A stretch of DNA of 40,104 nucleotides from Actinomycetota bacterium (GTDB lineage Bacteria > Actinomycetota > Acidimicrobiia > Spongiisociales > UBA5794): NCBI GenBank assembly GCA_039714175.1, contig JBDLJV010000001.1:1-40104 (forward strand). Direction: 5' to 3'. The translations under genes and the position numbers were made by a program. Under the pieces are notes generated by a model. That model was not told where the DNA came from, did not search any database, and was given only the letters and a program-made list of their open reading frames with translations. Shown in pieces: positions 33,581 through 40,104 of the stretch (its first letter is position 1; every line of letters starts with the position of its first letter).

Positions 33581-34425
33581 CGTGCGCCTCCAGTGAGAGA
33601 TGAAACAGATCGACCACCGAGGACGATCCCTGCGGCGAGCGCAGGTCCCGAGCTGTGTCCGACGGCAAGTAGATCGCGATGGCTGGCCCGGATGTCTCCG
33701 CGCCCGGCAACAGCTCGGAGGAACGCCGCGGCGGGGAGTGCCACGTTCCCCTTCAGGGCGTGGTCGATCAGGGCGGCCGAGAACGTGGTGGTTCGCTGTC
33801 GTGCCAGCGACGAGATTTCGAGAGAGGTCGCATCGAGCGTCTGCATAAGTCGACGATCTCCGACCGCTTCGCCGAACAACCGCAGGGCAGAGAGAACTCC
33901 GGCCAGGTAATCGTCACCTTCGGGTGTCAGACCTTCACCTCTGCCAATGAGCATCGATGCAGCCGCAACAAGACCGGCTGGTGAGTCTGTGGCCGGGATG
34001 GCGTCGAGTGGCATGCCATCCACGGTTGATGGCAGGTCGACGATCGACTCGGCAATCCGGGCTCGATCGAGAGTCGGTAACGCTGGTCGGGGATCCCACC
34101 ACCGGACGGCGTCGATCGTCAGCCCGTCGAGCATGACCTGACCGATTCCGACGGTGGCCGGTGAGCCATGCTCGATCGAACCGAAGACATTGGCCTCGGC
34201 GTCGGCGGCCACCTCAACACTGTTCGGAAGCCGGGTCGCATCCCGGGTCGATACGACGACGACACCACCGCCGTCCAGGAGGAGCCAGACGGCGTGGCTC
34301 GCCGATCCCACCACCGTTGCCGATGCGTGTGAATCAGACAGCTCAGAGCGGAGCGCGGCACTCGCCACCCCCGGCATCCGAACGGATACCGGGGACGATC
34401 GAGTTTCGACCGCTCTGACGGTCAT
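33577..34425 (-). CDS. DUF2877 protein (YlbF/AllH-like)
   Basis: 282 aa. Family-typical GLTPEGDDYLAG and VGHSSGPALAAG motifs. Starts 6 nt after the amidohydrolase stop. Confidence 0.75.
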   Translation of the reverse strand: MTVRAVETRSSPVSVRMPGVASAALRSELSDSHASATVVGSASHAVWLLLDGGGVVVVSTRDATRLPNSVEVAADAEANVFGSIEHGSPATVGIGQVMLDGLTIDAVRWWDPRPALPTLDRARIAESIVDLPSTVDGMPLDAIPATDSPAGLVAAASMLIGRGEGLTPEGDDYLAGVLSALRLFGEAVGDRRLMQTLDATSLEISSLARQRTTTFSAALIDHALKGNVALPAAAFLRAVAGRGDIRASHRDLLAVGHSSGPALAAGIVLGGRSVSSLTGGAR

Positions 34426-34431
34426 CTACTG

Positions 34432-35529
34432 CTATCCGAGATCGACGATCGCGGCAACCGGACCGCCACCGCTCGGGCCTTGGTGGATTGCTGCAACAGA
34501 CACGAACACAGCGGCATCGTCGATCGCGTTGGCTACGACGCCACCCACGGCGGCTTTGATGTGGCGATGGTGGTGCACGTCGGAATCGTCCAGGGCGACC
34601 TGCCGGCGGCCCCTCAGGCGTGAGGTCGGATCAGCTTCGCACTTGACGAAGACGTTCACGACCTTGCCATCGAGATCATCGGAGTTCGCCCGATCCGGAA
34701 GATCGAGACCTGCCGAGCGGATCGCCCGGTATACGCCTTCGCGGTCGAGAGCATCGTTCATCACATCGTGACCGATGCGATACCGGCCACCGGCACCGCG
34801 TACGTTGCCGACGACGACGGTCTGTGCTCGGTCAAGTTCGACACCCGACGAGCAGGACGCTACCGAGGAGAACAGGCTGAGATCGTGACCGATCTGTTCG
34901 GCTGTCGGCATCTCGATCTCGCCGAGGGCTACGGCGATGCCGAGCCCGGATGTGCCGTTCGAGATGTTCATCGACTCGAGCGGATCCTCGGTGTAGACGG
35001 TGTGACCGCGTTCCTTGGCATCGTTGATCGTATCCATGACGAGCAGCGGGGTCTTCGTCTGCACGTAGTGGACGTCAGCGGCATCTTCGATGCCTGCGGC
35101 TGCCATTGCGCGGCGGACTCCTTCGGCGACCTTGGCGACCATCGCCGGCCGTCCGATGTCCTCCGGCAGAATGACGTCGCTCATCGCGTAGCCAACAGCC
35201 AGGCGGGGTTCGTCGGATACAGGGCCGTCATCGGGAACGTTGGCAAAGACGGTGGCGTGCGGACACAGAATGCCGTCCGTGCCACCCGACCACACCATGG
35301 GAATGTCGTCAACCTCGGACTGCGGTCTCGTCCCCTTCTCCATCAGAACCTTGCGGAATGCCTGATCCGCGATGATCCTGGTGAAGTCGTTGACACCACC
35401 GTTGCCTTCGGTCTTGCCAACTACGGCGACAACGCCATCGGCGTCGAAGACTCCCTCGTCGATCAGTGCTGCGAGCCCGGATGCATCTCCGACGCTCTCA
35501 AGTACGACCTTGCGTACGTCAACGGCCAT
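34432..35529 (-). CDS. Ring-opening amidohydrolase, AtzD/TrzD/barbiturase family (barbiturase favoured by context)
   Basis: 365 aa from MAVDVRK, with SD GGAGG 7 nt upstream. Family motifs [58 protein letters not shown] and HQGPSGGGP. Confidence 0.88.
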   Translation of the reverse strand: MAVDVRKVVLESVGDASGLAALIDEGVFDADGVVAVVGKTEGNGGVNDFTRIIADQAFRKVLMEKGTRPQSEVDDIPMVWSGGTDGILCPHATVFANVPDDGPVSDEPRLAVGYAMSDVILPEDIGRPAMVAKVAEGVRRAMAAAGIEDAADVHYVQTKTPLLVMDTINDAKERGHTVYTEDPLESMNISNGTSGLGIAVALGEIEMPTAEQIGHDLSLFSSVASCSSGVELDRAQTVVVGNVRGAGGRYRIGHDVMNDALDREGVYRAIRSAGLDLPDRANSDDLDGKVVNVFVKCEADPTSRLRGRRQVALDDSDVHHHRHIKAAVGGVVANAIDDAAVFVSVAAIHQGPSGGGPVAAIVDLG

Positions 35530-35582
35530 GGTCCTGCCTCCTACTGTCCGGATGGAATCGAGAATATCCCAATCGAACCTCG
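35530..35582. promoter_or_regulatory. 53-bp divergent control region (amidohydrolase operon / pucR-like gene) carrying CCCAATCGA and GGAATCGA motifs
   Basis: CCCAATCGA at 35568-35576 and AATCGA at 35556-35561. The same 9-mer recurs in the uracil permease 5' UTR (24441-24449; variant at 24420-24428). Confidence 0.4.
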
Positions 35583-37184
35583 ATGGCATTAGGGTATGTT
35601 GCCGTGACTTCACACAGTTCATTGTCATATTCCCACAAGGGAGAAGAGCTCACTCTCCGCGATGTGCTGAAGACTCCTGGCTTCCAGGGCACTGAGGTGT
35701 TGGCGGGTGCCGGCGGGCTTGACAGAGTCGTCTCCTCGATCAATGTCATGGAGAATCCGGACATCATCCCGTGGGTCAAGAATCGGGAATTGTTGATCAC
35801 GGTGGGCTACTCACTTGCCGGGCGGACGAAGGATCTGGCAGCGCTCGTCGAAGACCTGGCTGATCAAGACCTGGCAGGGTTCGGGGTCAAGCTCGGCCCC
35901 TATGTGACCGAGGTCGGCAAGGACGCACTCGATGCTGCGAATCATCGCGATTTCCCGATCCTCTCACTTCCCCCAACAGTGTCTTTCGACGATCTGATCG
36001 CTGACGTCTACGGCGCTCGGGACTCTCTCCTCCTTGGAGGCCTCCACCGACGAAGTGACCGGGAGCACGAACTCATTGGAGTCGCCCTCGAAGGCGGGGG
36101 CCCCGGCGAAGTTGCCGCCAGGCTTGCTCAGCTCGTGAACTGTGAGGTCCTCATCCTGGGTGCGGGCAATGAGATCATGTCGCACCACCCGGACCCCGAG
36201 CATGTCGCCAGGGAGGACCACGATCCGCGCACCGATCCGCGCTTCGAGGAGGCTGCTGCTGCACCCATCGTGTTCGGCTCGACCTACGTCGGCCAGCTCT
36301 ATGTGCTCCCGAACGAAGGATCGTCTGAGGAGTTCTCCCCCGGCCTTGTCCCGGCATGCGCGCAGATCATGGCTCTCGCAGCCTCAAGGGAGATCGCTGT
36401 CGCCTCGGTGGACCGCCAGTTTCGGGATGAGCTCCTCGAGCAGATCCTTCGCAATCGTCTCGATCGCCGAGAGGTGGATCGCCGCTGCCAAGCGCTTGAG
36501 TGGGCGATCCGTTTCCCAGCGGTCATCGTGACCCTTACGCCCGCGGATCTCGACTCCACCCCACATCTCGAACGGGCGCGAGACGCCCTGGGCTGGTCGC
36601 TTCGAGCCAGGGGCCTCCATGCCCCCCACGCGATCATCAACGGCAACGTCGTTGCCGTCGTTGGGAGTGGCGATCTGCCGGATGCCGATCCGGAGGCAAC
36701 AGCAGTGTCGGCAGCGGCCGAGGTCATCTCCCGATCGGTACCGGGAACGTGGTCCGGTGGCGTCTCAGGCGGCGTAGGGAACCCAACGGAGCTGCAGAGA
36801 GGTTGGGACCAGGCACAGACGGCGACCCGAGTGACGCAAGCAATCAAGGGAGTTGGCGTCGTCGGCAAGTTCACGGAGCTCGGTGTCTTCCGGATTCTCG
36901 CCGAGGTTGACCGGGGCGTGTTGGCGGGTTTCGCAAAGGAGACACTCGGCGAACTGCACGAACCCACGGAGAGCCGTGCCGAACTCAGACGTACGCTCGC
37001 AGTTCTTCTGGCCACGAATCTGAATGTGGCAGAGACAGCCAGGCAATTGCACTACCACTACAACTCGGTTCGCTACAGGATGAACCAACTCGAGCAACTG
37101 CTCGGGCCGTTCTCCACCGATCCGACACGCCGGCTCGAACTCCACATCGCTCTCCTCATCGGCGACATGGATCCAAACGACTGA
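35583..37184 (+). CDS. PucR-family transcriptional regulator
   Basis: About 533 aa. N-terminal PucR-like [39 protein letters not shown] and C-terminal Puc[33 protein letters not shown]. The start is uncertain: ATG 35583 has no SD, and GTG 35604 or TTG 35622 are alternatives. Confidence 0.85.
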   Translation: MALGYVAVTSHSSLSYSHKGEELTLRDVLKTPGFQGTEVLAGAGGLDRVVSSINVMENPDIIPWVKNRELLITVGYSLAGRTKDLAALVEDLADQDLAGFGVKLGPYVTEVGKDALDAANHRDFPILSLPPTVSFDDLIADVYGARDSLLLGGLHRRSDREHELIGVALEGGGPGEVAARLAQLVNCEVLILGAGNEIMSHHPDPEHVAREDHDPRTDPRFEEAAAAPIVFGSTYVGQLYVLPNEGSSEEFSPGLVPACAQIMALAASREIAVASVDRQFRDELLEQILRNRLDRREVDRRCQALEWAIRFPAVIVTLTPADLDSTPHLERARDALGWSLRARGLHAPHAIINGNVVAVVGSGDLPDADPEATAVSAAAEVISRSVPGTWSGGVSGGVGNPTELQRGWDQAQTATRVTQAIKGVGVVGKFTELGVFRILAEVDRGVLAGFAKETLGELHEPTESRAELRRTLAVLLATNLNVAETARQLHYHYNSVRYRMNQLEQLLGPFSTDPTRRLELHIALLIGDMDPND

Positions 37185-37190
37185 CTACGT

Positions 37191-37232
37191 CTCAGCTCTC
37201 AGCTCTCTGCTCTCTGCTCTCTGCTCTTTCTT
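37191..37232. repeat. Tandem heptanucleotide array (ctcagct x2, ctctgct x3, ctttctt)
   Basis: Six in-phase 7-mers just after the pucR-like stop. Reverse complement of the GCAGAGA/AACAGAG family. Confidence 0.9.
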
Positions 37233-37272
37233 CCCCAGGTTCGACCAGACAGCGCCGCAGTAACCTTGTGTC

Positions 37273-39042
37273 ATGGCGAACTACACACCTCCCGTACGAG
37301 ACATCACCTTCACCCTCGACACGATCGCTGACATCGATTCGATCATCTCGCTCCCCGGATTCGAGCACGTTGACCCGGAGATGACCGAAGGAGTCCTCGA
37401 CGAAGCCGCCCGCTTCTTCTCCGAGGTATTCGCACCCACGAACGAGGTTGGGGATGAGAAGGGCGCCGTGCTCGTCGACGGCAATGTGATCACACCTGCC
37501 GAGTTCAAGCCCGTGTGGGACAAGCTCATCGAGGCCGGCTGGACGGCGGTCACCGGCACCCCCGAATACGGCGGCCACGGATTCCCCAAGACCATTGGCA
37601 TGACGATCTCAGAGATGATGACGTCTGCCAACCTGGCCTTCTCACTCAATCCAATGCTCACCGGCAGTGGCATCACCCTCCTCACACGCCACGGAAGCGA
37701 CGAACTGCGCGATCAGTATCTGGAGAAACTCATCTCAAGCGAGTGGACCGGGACAATGGTGCTCACCGAGGCAGAGGCAGGATCCGACGTCGGAGCTGTT
37801 CGGACGAAAGCCGTCAAGAATGATGACGGGACCTACACGATCAGCGGCACGAAGATCTTCATCACGTGGGGAGACCACGACCTGACCGACAACATCATCC
37901 ACCTCGTGCTTGCACGAACCCCGGATGCCCCTGTCGGGACGAAGGGCATCTCCCTCTTCGTTGTGCCGAAGTTCCTCCTCAACGAGGACGGCACGCCAGG
38001 CGATCGCAACGCTGTTGAGACCGTCTCCATTGAGCACAAGCTCGGGATCCATGCAAGCCCGACCTGCGTTCTGTCCTTCGATGATGCAACCGGCTTTCTG
38101 GTCGGCGAGGAGAACCAGGGCATGCGCTACATGTTCACGATGATGAACCAGGCGCGCCTCGAGGTCGGCTTGGAGGGACTCTCGGTAGCTGAGCGCGCCT
38201 ACCAGCACGCTGCTGAGTACGCGAAGGATCGCGTCCAGGGCCGCGTTCCCGGATCGCACGATCCGGCAAGGATCATCGATCATGCCGACGTCCGACGGAT
38301 GCTCATGACGATGAAGGCCTACACCGAGGCAATGCGTGCCCTCGTGTACGACGCTGTTGCAGCTGAGGACCGCATGCACAACTCCCCGGACGAGGCGATT
38401 CGCACCGCGGGAAGTGAACGCCTTGCACTCCTGACCCCGATCGCGAAGTCATGGTGTACGGACAGAGGAGTCGAGGTTGCTTCGATCGGCGTTCAGGTCC
38501 TCGGCGGCATGGGATTCATCGAGGAATCCGGGGCTGCGCAGTTCTACCGGGACGCACGGATCACCCCCATCTACGAAGGAACAAACGGAATCCAGGCGCT
38601 CGATCTCGTCATGAGAAAGCTCCCGATGCGTGACGGTGCGGTCATCGACGAGTATCTGACCGAGATCGAATCGCTTGATGGACCACTGGCATCAGTGGAG
38701 GAACTCTCAGATCTCCGTGACCAGCTGTCCCAGGCCACGGCAGCCGTCCGTCGGGCAACCGAGTGGTTGAACGGCTCGGAAGATGTGCAGGCAAGGATGG
38801 CGGGAGCCACCCCCTATCAGGAGATGCTCAGCACGCTGGCCGGCGGCTACTACCTGGCACGACTGGCACTGGCGGCACTTCCGGACGCAGAGACAGACCC
38901 GTGGATGGCGGCGAAGGTCGCCACAGCCCGGTTCTATGCAGTGAACCTCCTGCCAAAGGTGCACGGCCTTGTCGCTGGCGTGACCGATGGCCCCGACCTC
39001 CTCTTTGCCGTCGATGACGCGCAACTCGGAGCGTCTGCGTGA
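37273..39042 (+). CDS. Long-form acyl-CoA dehydrogenase (about 590 aa, FadE type with C-terminal extension)
   Basis: 589 aa. ACAD N/M/C domains (GTKIFITWGDHD, YRDARITPIYEGTNGIQALD). Confidence 0.88.
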   Translation: MANYTPPVRDITFTLDTIADIDSIISLPGFEHVDPEMTEGVLDEAARFFSEVFAPTNEVGDEKGAVLVDGNVITPAEFKPVWDKLIEAGWTAVTGTPEYGGHGFPKTIGMTISEMMTSANLAFSLNPMLTGSGITLLTRHGSDELRDQYLEKLISSEWTGTMVLTEAEAGSDVGAVRTKAVKNDDGTYTISGTKIFITWGDHDLTDNIIHLVLARTPDAPVGTKGISLFVVPKFLLNEDGTPGDRNAVETVSIEHKLGIHASPTCVLSFDDATGFLVGEENQGMRYMFTMMNQARLEVGLEGLSVAERAYQHAAEYAKDRVQGRVPGSHDPARIIDHADVRRMLMTMKAYTEAMRALVYDAVAAEDRMHNSPDEAIRTAGSERLALLTPIAKSWCTDRGVEVASIGVQVLGGMGFIEESGAAQFYRDARITPIYEGTNGIQALDLVMRKLPMRDGAVIDEYLTEIESLDGPLASVEELSDLRDQLSQATAAVRRATEWLNGSEDVQARMAGATPYQEMLSTLAGGYYLARLALAALPDAETDPWMAAKVATARFYAVNLLPKVHGLVAGVTDGPDLLFAVDDAQLGASA

Positions 39043-39818
39043 CCTCCGAGAACGCCGCGGCGTTCTTCGATCTCGATCGGACGATCATCGGCGGGTCCTC
39101 GGTGTTCACGTTCGGTTGGGTTGCCTACCGCAACGGGATGATCCCGACTTCCCAGCTGTTGACAGATGCTGCATCCGCAGTCACGTTCAAGTTCTCCGGG
39201 GCCTCGGATGACAAGACCGAGGCGGTCAAGAGCCGGATACTCGAAGCGATCGCCGGCGTACCAGTCGCCATGTTCACCGACATCGGTGATGAAGTGATCC
39301 CGAAGCTGCTCGATGACGTGAGGAGAGAGGCTCGAGGACTTGTCGATCTCCATACCGACGCTGGTCGAGACACCTATATCGTGTCCGCCTCACCCGTGGA
39401 GATCGTGGGACGGTTTGCCGACGCCATGGAGATGACCGGCGGTATCGGTACCGTTTCGGAGATCGTCGATGGTGCGTACACGGGTGAGCTCGCGGAGCCG
39501 TTCTGCTACGGCGAAGGCAAGGCGATAGCGATTCGGAAGGTGGCCGACGAGCACGGATATGACCTGTCCCGGTCCTACGCCTATACCGATTCGGCTGGTG
39601 ACCTCCCGATGCTCGAGATCGTCGGACATCCAGTGGCGGTGAACCCGGACCGTGCCCTTGAGGCGATCGCCTATCACCGCGGTTGGCCAATCGTCGAGTT
39701 CTCTCGGACCCGTAAGAAGGTCGTGAAACGCACCACAGCGGCAACGGGAGCCGTTGCACTGGCAGGGGCCACCTATGTGCTCGGACGACGCCACGGCAGG
39801 CTGAAGGCCGGAGGCTGA
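39039..39818 (+). CDS. HAD-IB family hydrolase (SerB-like) with C-terminal TM anchor
   Basis: 259 aa. DxDxT motif FFDLDRT, motif IV YTDSAGDLPML, C-terminal hydrophobic AATGAVALAGATYVLG. GTGA overlap with the ACAD stop. Confidence 0.8.
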   Translation: MTSENAAAFFDLDRTIIGGSSVFTFGWVAYRNGMIPTSQLLTDAASAVTFKFSGASDDKTEAVKSRILEAIAGVPVAMFTDIGDEVIPKLLDDVRREARGLVDLHTDAGRDTYIVSASPVEIVGRFADAMEMTGGIGTVSEIVDGAYTGELAEPFCYGEGKAIAIRKVADEHGYDLSRSYAYTDSAGDLPMLEIVGHPVAVNPDRALEAIAYHRGWPIVEFSRTRKKVVKRTTAATGAVALAGATYVLGRRHGRLKAGG

Positions 39819-39823
39819 TAACA

Positions 39824-39842
39824 CGGACGGCTGCGCCGTCCG
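39824..39842 (+). terminator. Short GC hairpin after the HAD gene (CGGACGG-ctgcg-CCGTCCG)
   Basis: 7-bp stem 6 nt after the stop, with no U-tract. Confidence 0.3.
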
Positions 39843-39863
39843 ATCGCTCGGCTGCGCCTCACT

Positions 39864-39891
39864 CTCAGCTCTCAGCTGTCAGGTATCCGAC
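39864..39891. repeat. Tandem heptanucleotide array (ctcagct ctcagct gtcaggt atccgac)
   Basis: Shares the 15-mer tctcagctctcagct with 37190-37204. Confidence 0.8.
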
Positions 39892-40104
39892 AGAGATCGG
39901 AACACTCAATCTGCTCTTCCGATGCCCGTAGAGCATCTCCCCTCCGCTGGGCGGAGGCGAGCTCTCTTCCACCGGCGGACGCTGGCTCTCTCCGCTTCTT
40001 CGTTGGCCGTCGACCGAAAACCTGACGCCTAACGTGTGTTTCGGCTACCTTCCTCATCAGGGCACACCTCCTCTACCGGCCCCAGGTAATGATCACTGAC
40101 CAAA

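Noticed and set aside
34432-35529. Interpretation as cyanuric acid hydrolase (s-triazine degradation)
   Set aside because: No biuret hydrolase, allophanate hydrolase or triazine hydrolase genes are nearby, and the neighbours are pyrimidine-specific (uracil permease, cytosine deaminase, nucleoside importer). This reading is not excluded; it needs phylogeny and assays.
30750-35592. Plus-strand ORFs 30750-31625, 33092-33910 and 34768-35592, antisense to the DUF1116, FdrA/DUF2877 and amidohydrolase genes
   Set aside because: High-GC antisense open frames. The translations are low-complexity and interrupt an otherwise perfectly coupled minus-strand operon.
21699-35628. Long N-terminal extensions in the ORF track (for example 22802, 24445, 26356, 29467, 29805, 32288 and 35628 as starts)
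   Set aside because: The extensions are Arg/Pro-rich, overlap the upstream gene and lack an SD. Internal ATGs give family-typical N-termini, proper SD spacing and ATGA/TGATG coupling, so the starts were trimmed.
39872-40057. 61-aa basic ORF on the minus strand with an upstream GGAGG
   Set aside because: It overlaps heptad repeats and a relative of the 36-nt repeat. The translation is Arg-rich low-complexity with no recognisable family, so it is too weak to call as a gene.
1-40104. Mobile elements, prophage, integrons or toxin-antitoxin pairs
   Set aside because: No transposase, integrase, recombinase, phage structural genes or terminal inverted repeats bracketing a gene block were seen. The repeats present are short non-coding elements only.

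Overview
High-GC (about 60%), gene-dense bacterial chromosome; gene content suggests Actinomycetota, which is inference only. No rRNA, tRNA, CRISPR array, transposase or integrase is visible. The left half (1-17.6 kb) holds housekeeping and miscellaneous genes: metH, a LiaF-like pair, an EamA transporter, arsC, an ECF sigma gene translationally coupled to an Ogt/MGMT gene, a class-V PLP enzyme plus alpha/beta hydrolase, a degenerate Mrr-like protein with zinc ribbons, a CPBP protease, a heterodimeric ABC exporter and an FKBP lipoprotein. The main result is an 18-kb block of minus-strand genes (17725-35529) with a divergent PucR-family regulator. I read it as a pyrimidine uptake and oxidative (barbiturate-route) catabolism supercluster. 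It contains an Fcy1-type cytosine deaminase coupled to a BMP-family nucleoside ABC importer and an NCS2 uracil permease. These are followed by a tightly coupled 10-gene operon. That operon encodes an AtzD/TrzD/barbiturase-family ring-opening amidohydrolase and a FdrA/DUF1116/DUF2877 triad (the AllFGH oxamate-carbamoyltransferase type). It also encodes a three-subunit XDH/CoxLMS-type molybdo-flavo-FeS dehydrogenase (candidate uracil/thymine dehydrogenase) and an unassigned 252-aa protein. It ends with a thiolase-fold protein that appears to lack the nucleophilic Cys and its DUF35 partner. No classical ureidomalonase is present, so the later pathway steps look undescribed. Almost every intergenic spacer carries in-phase tandem heptanucleotide repeats. 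There is also a 36-nt dispersed repeat in three copies; a hairpin built on one copy sequesters the metH Shine-Dalgarno sequence. All calls come from reading the sequence and the ORF translations and from motif recall; no database search was run.
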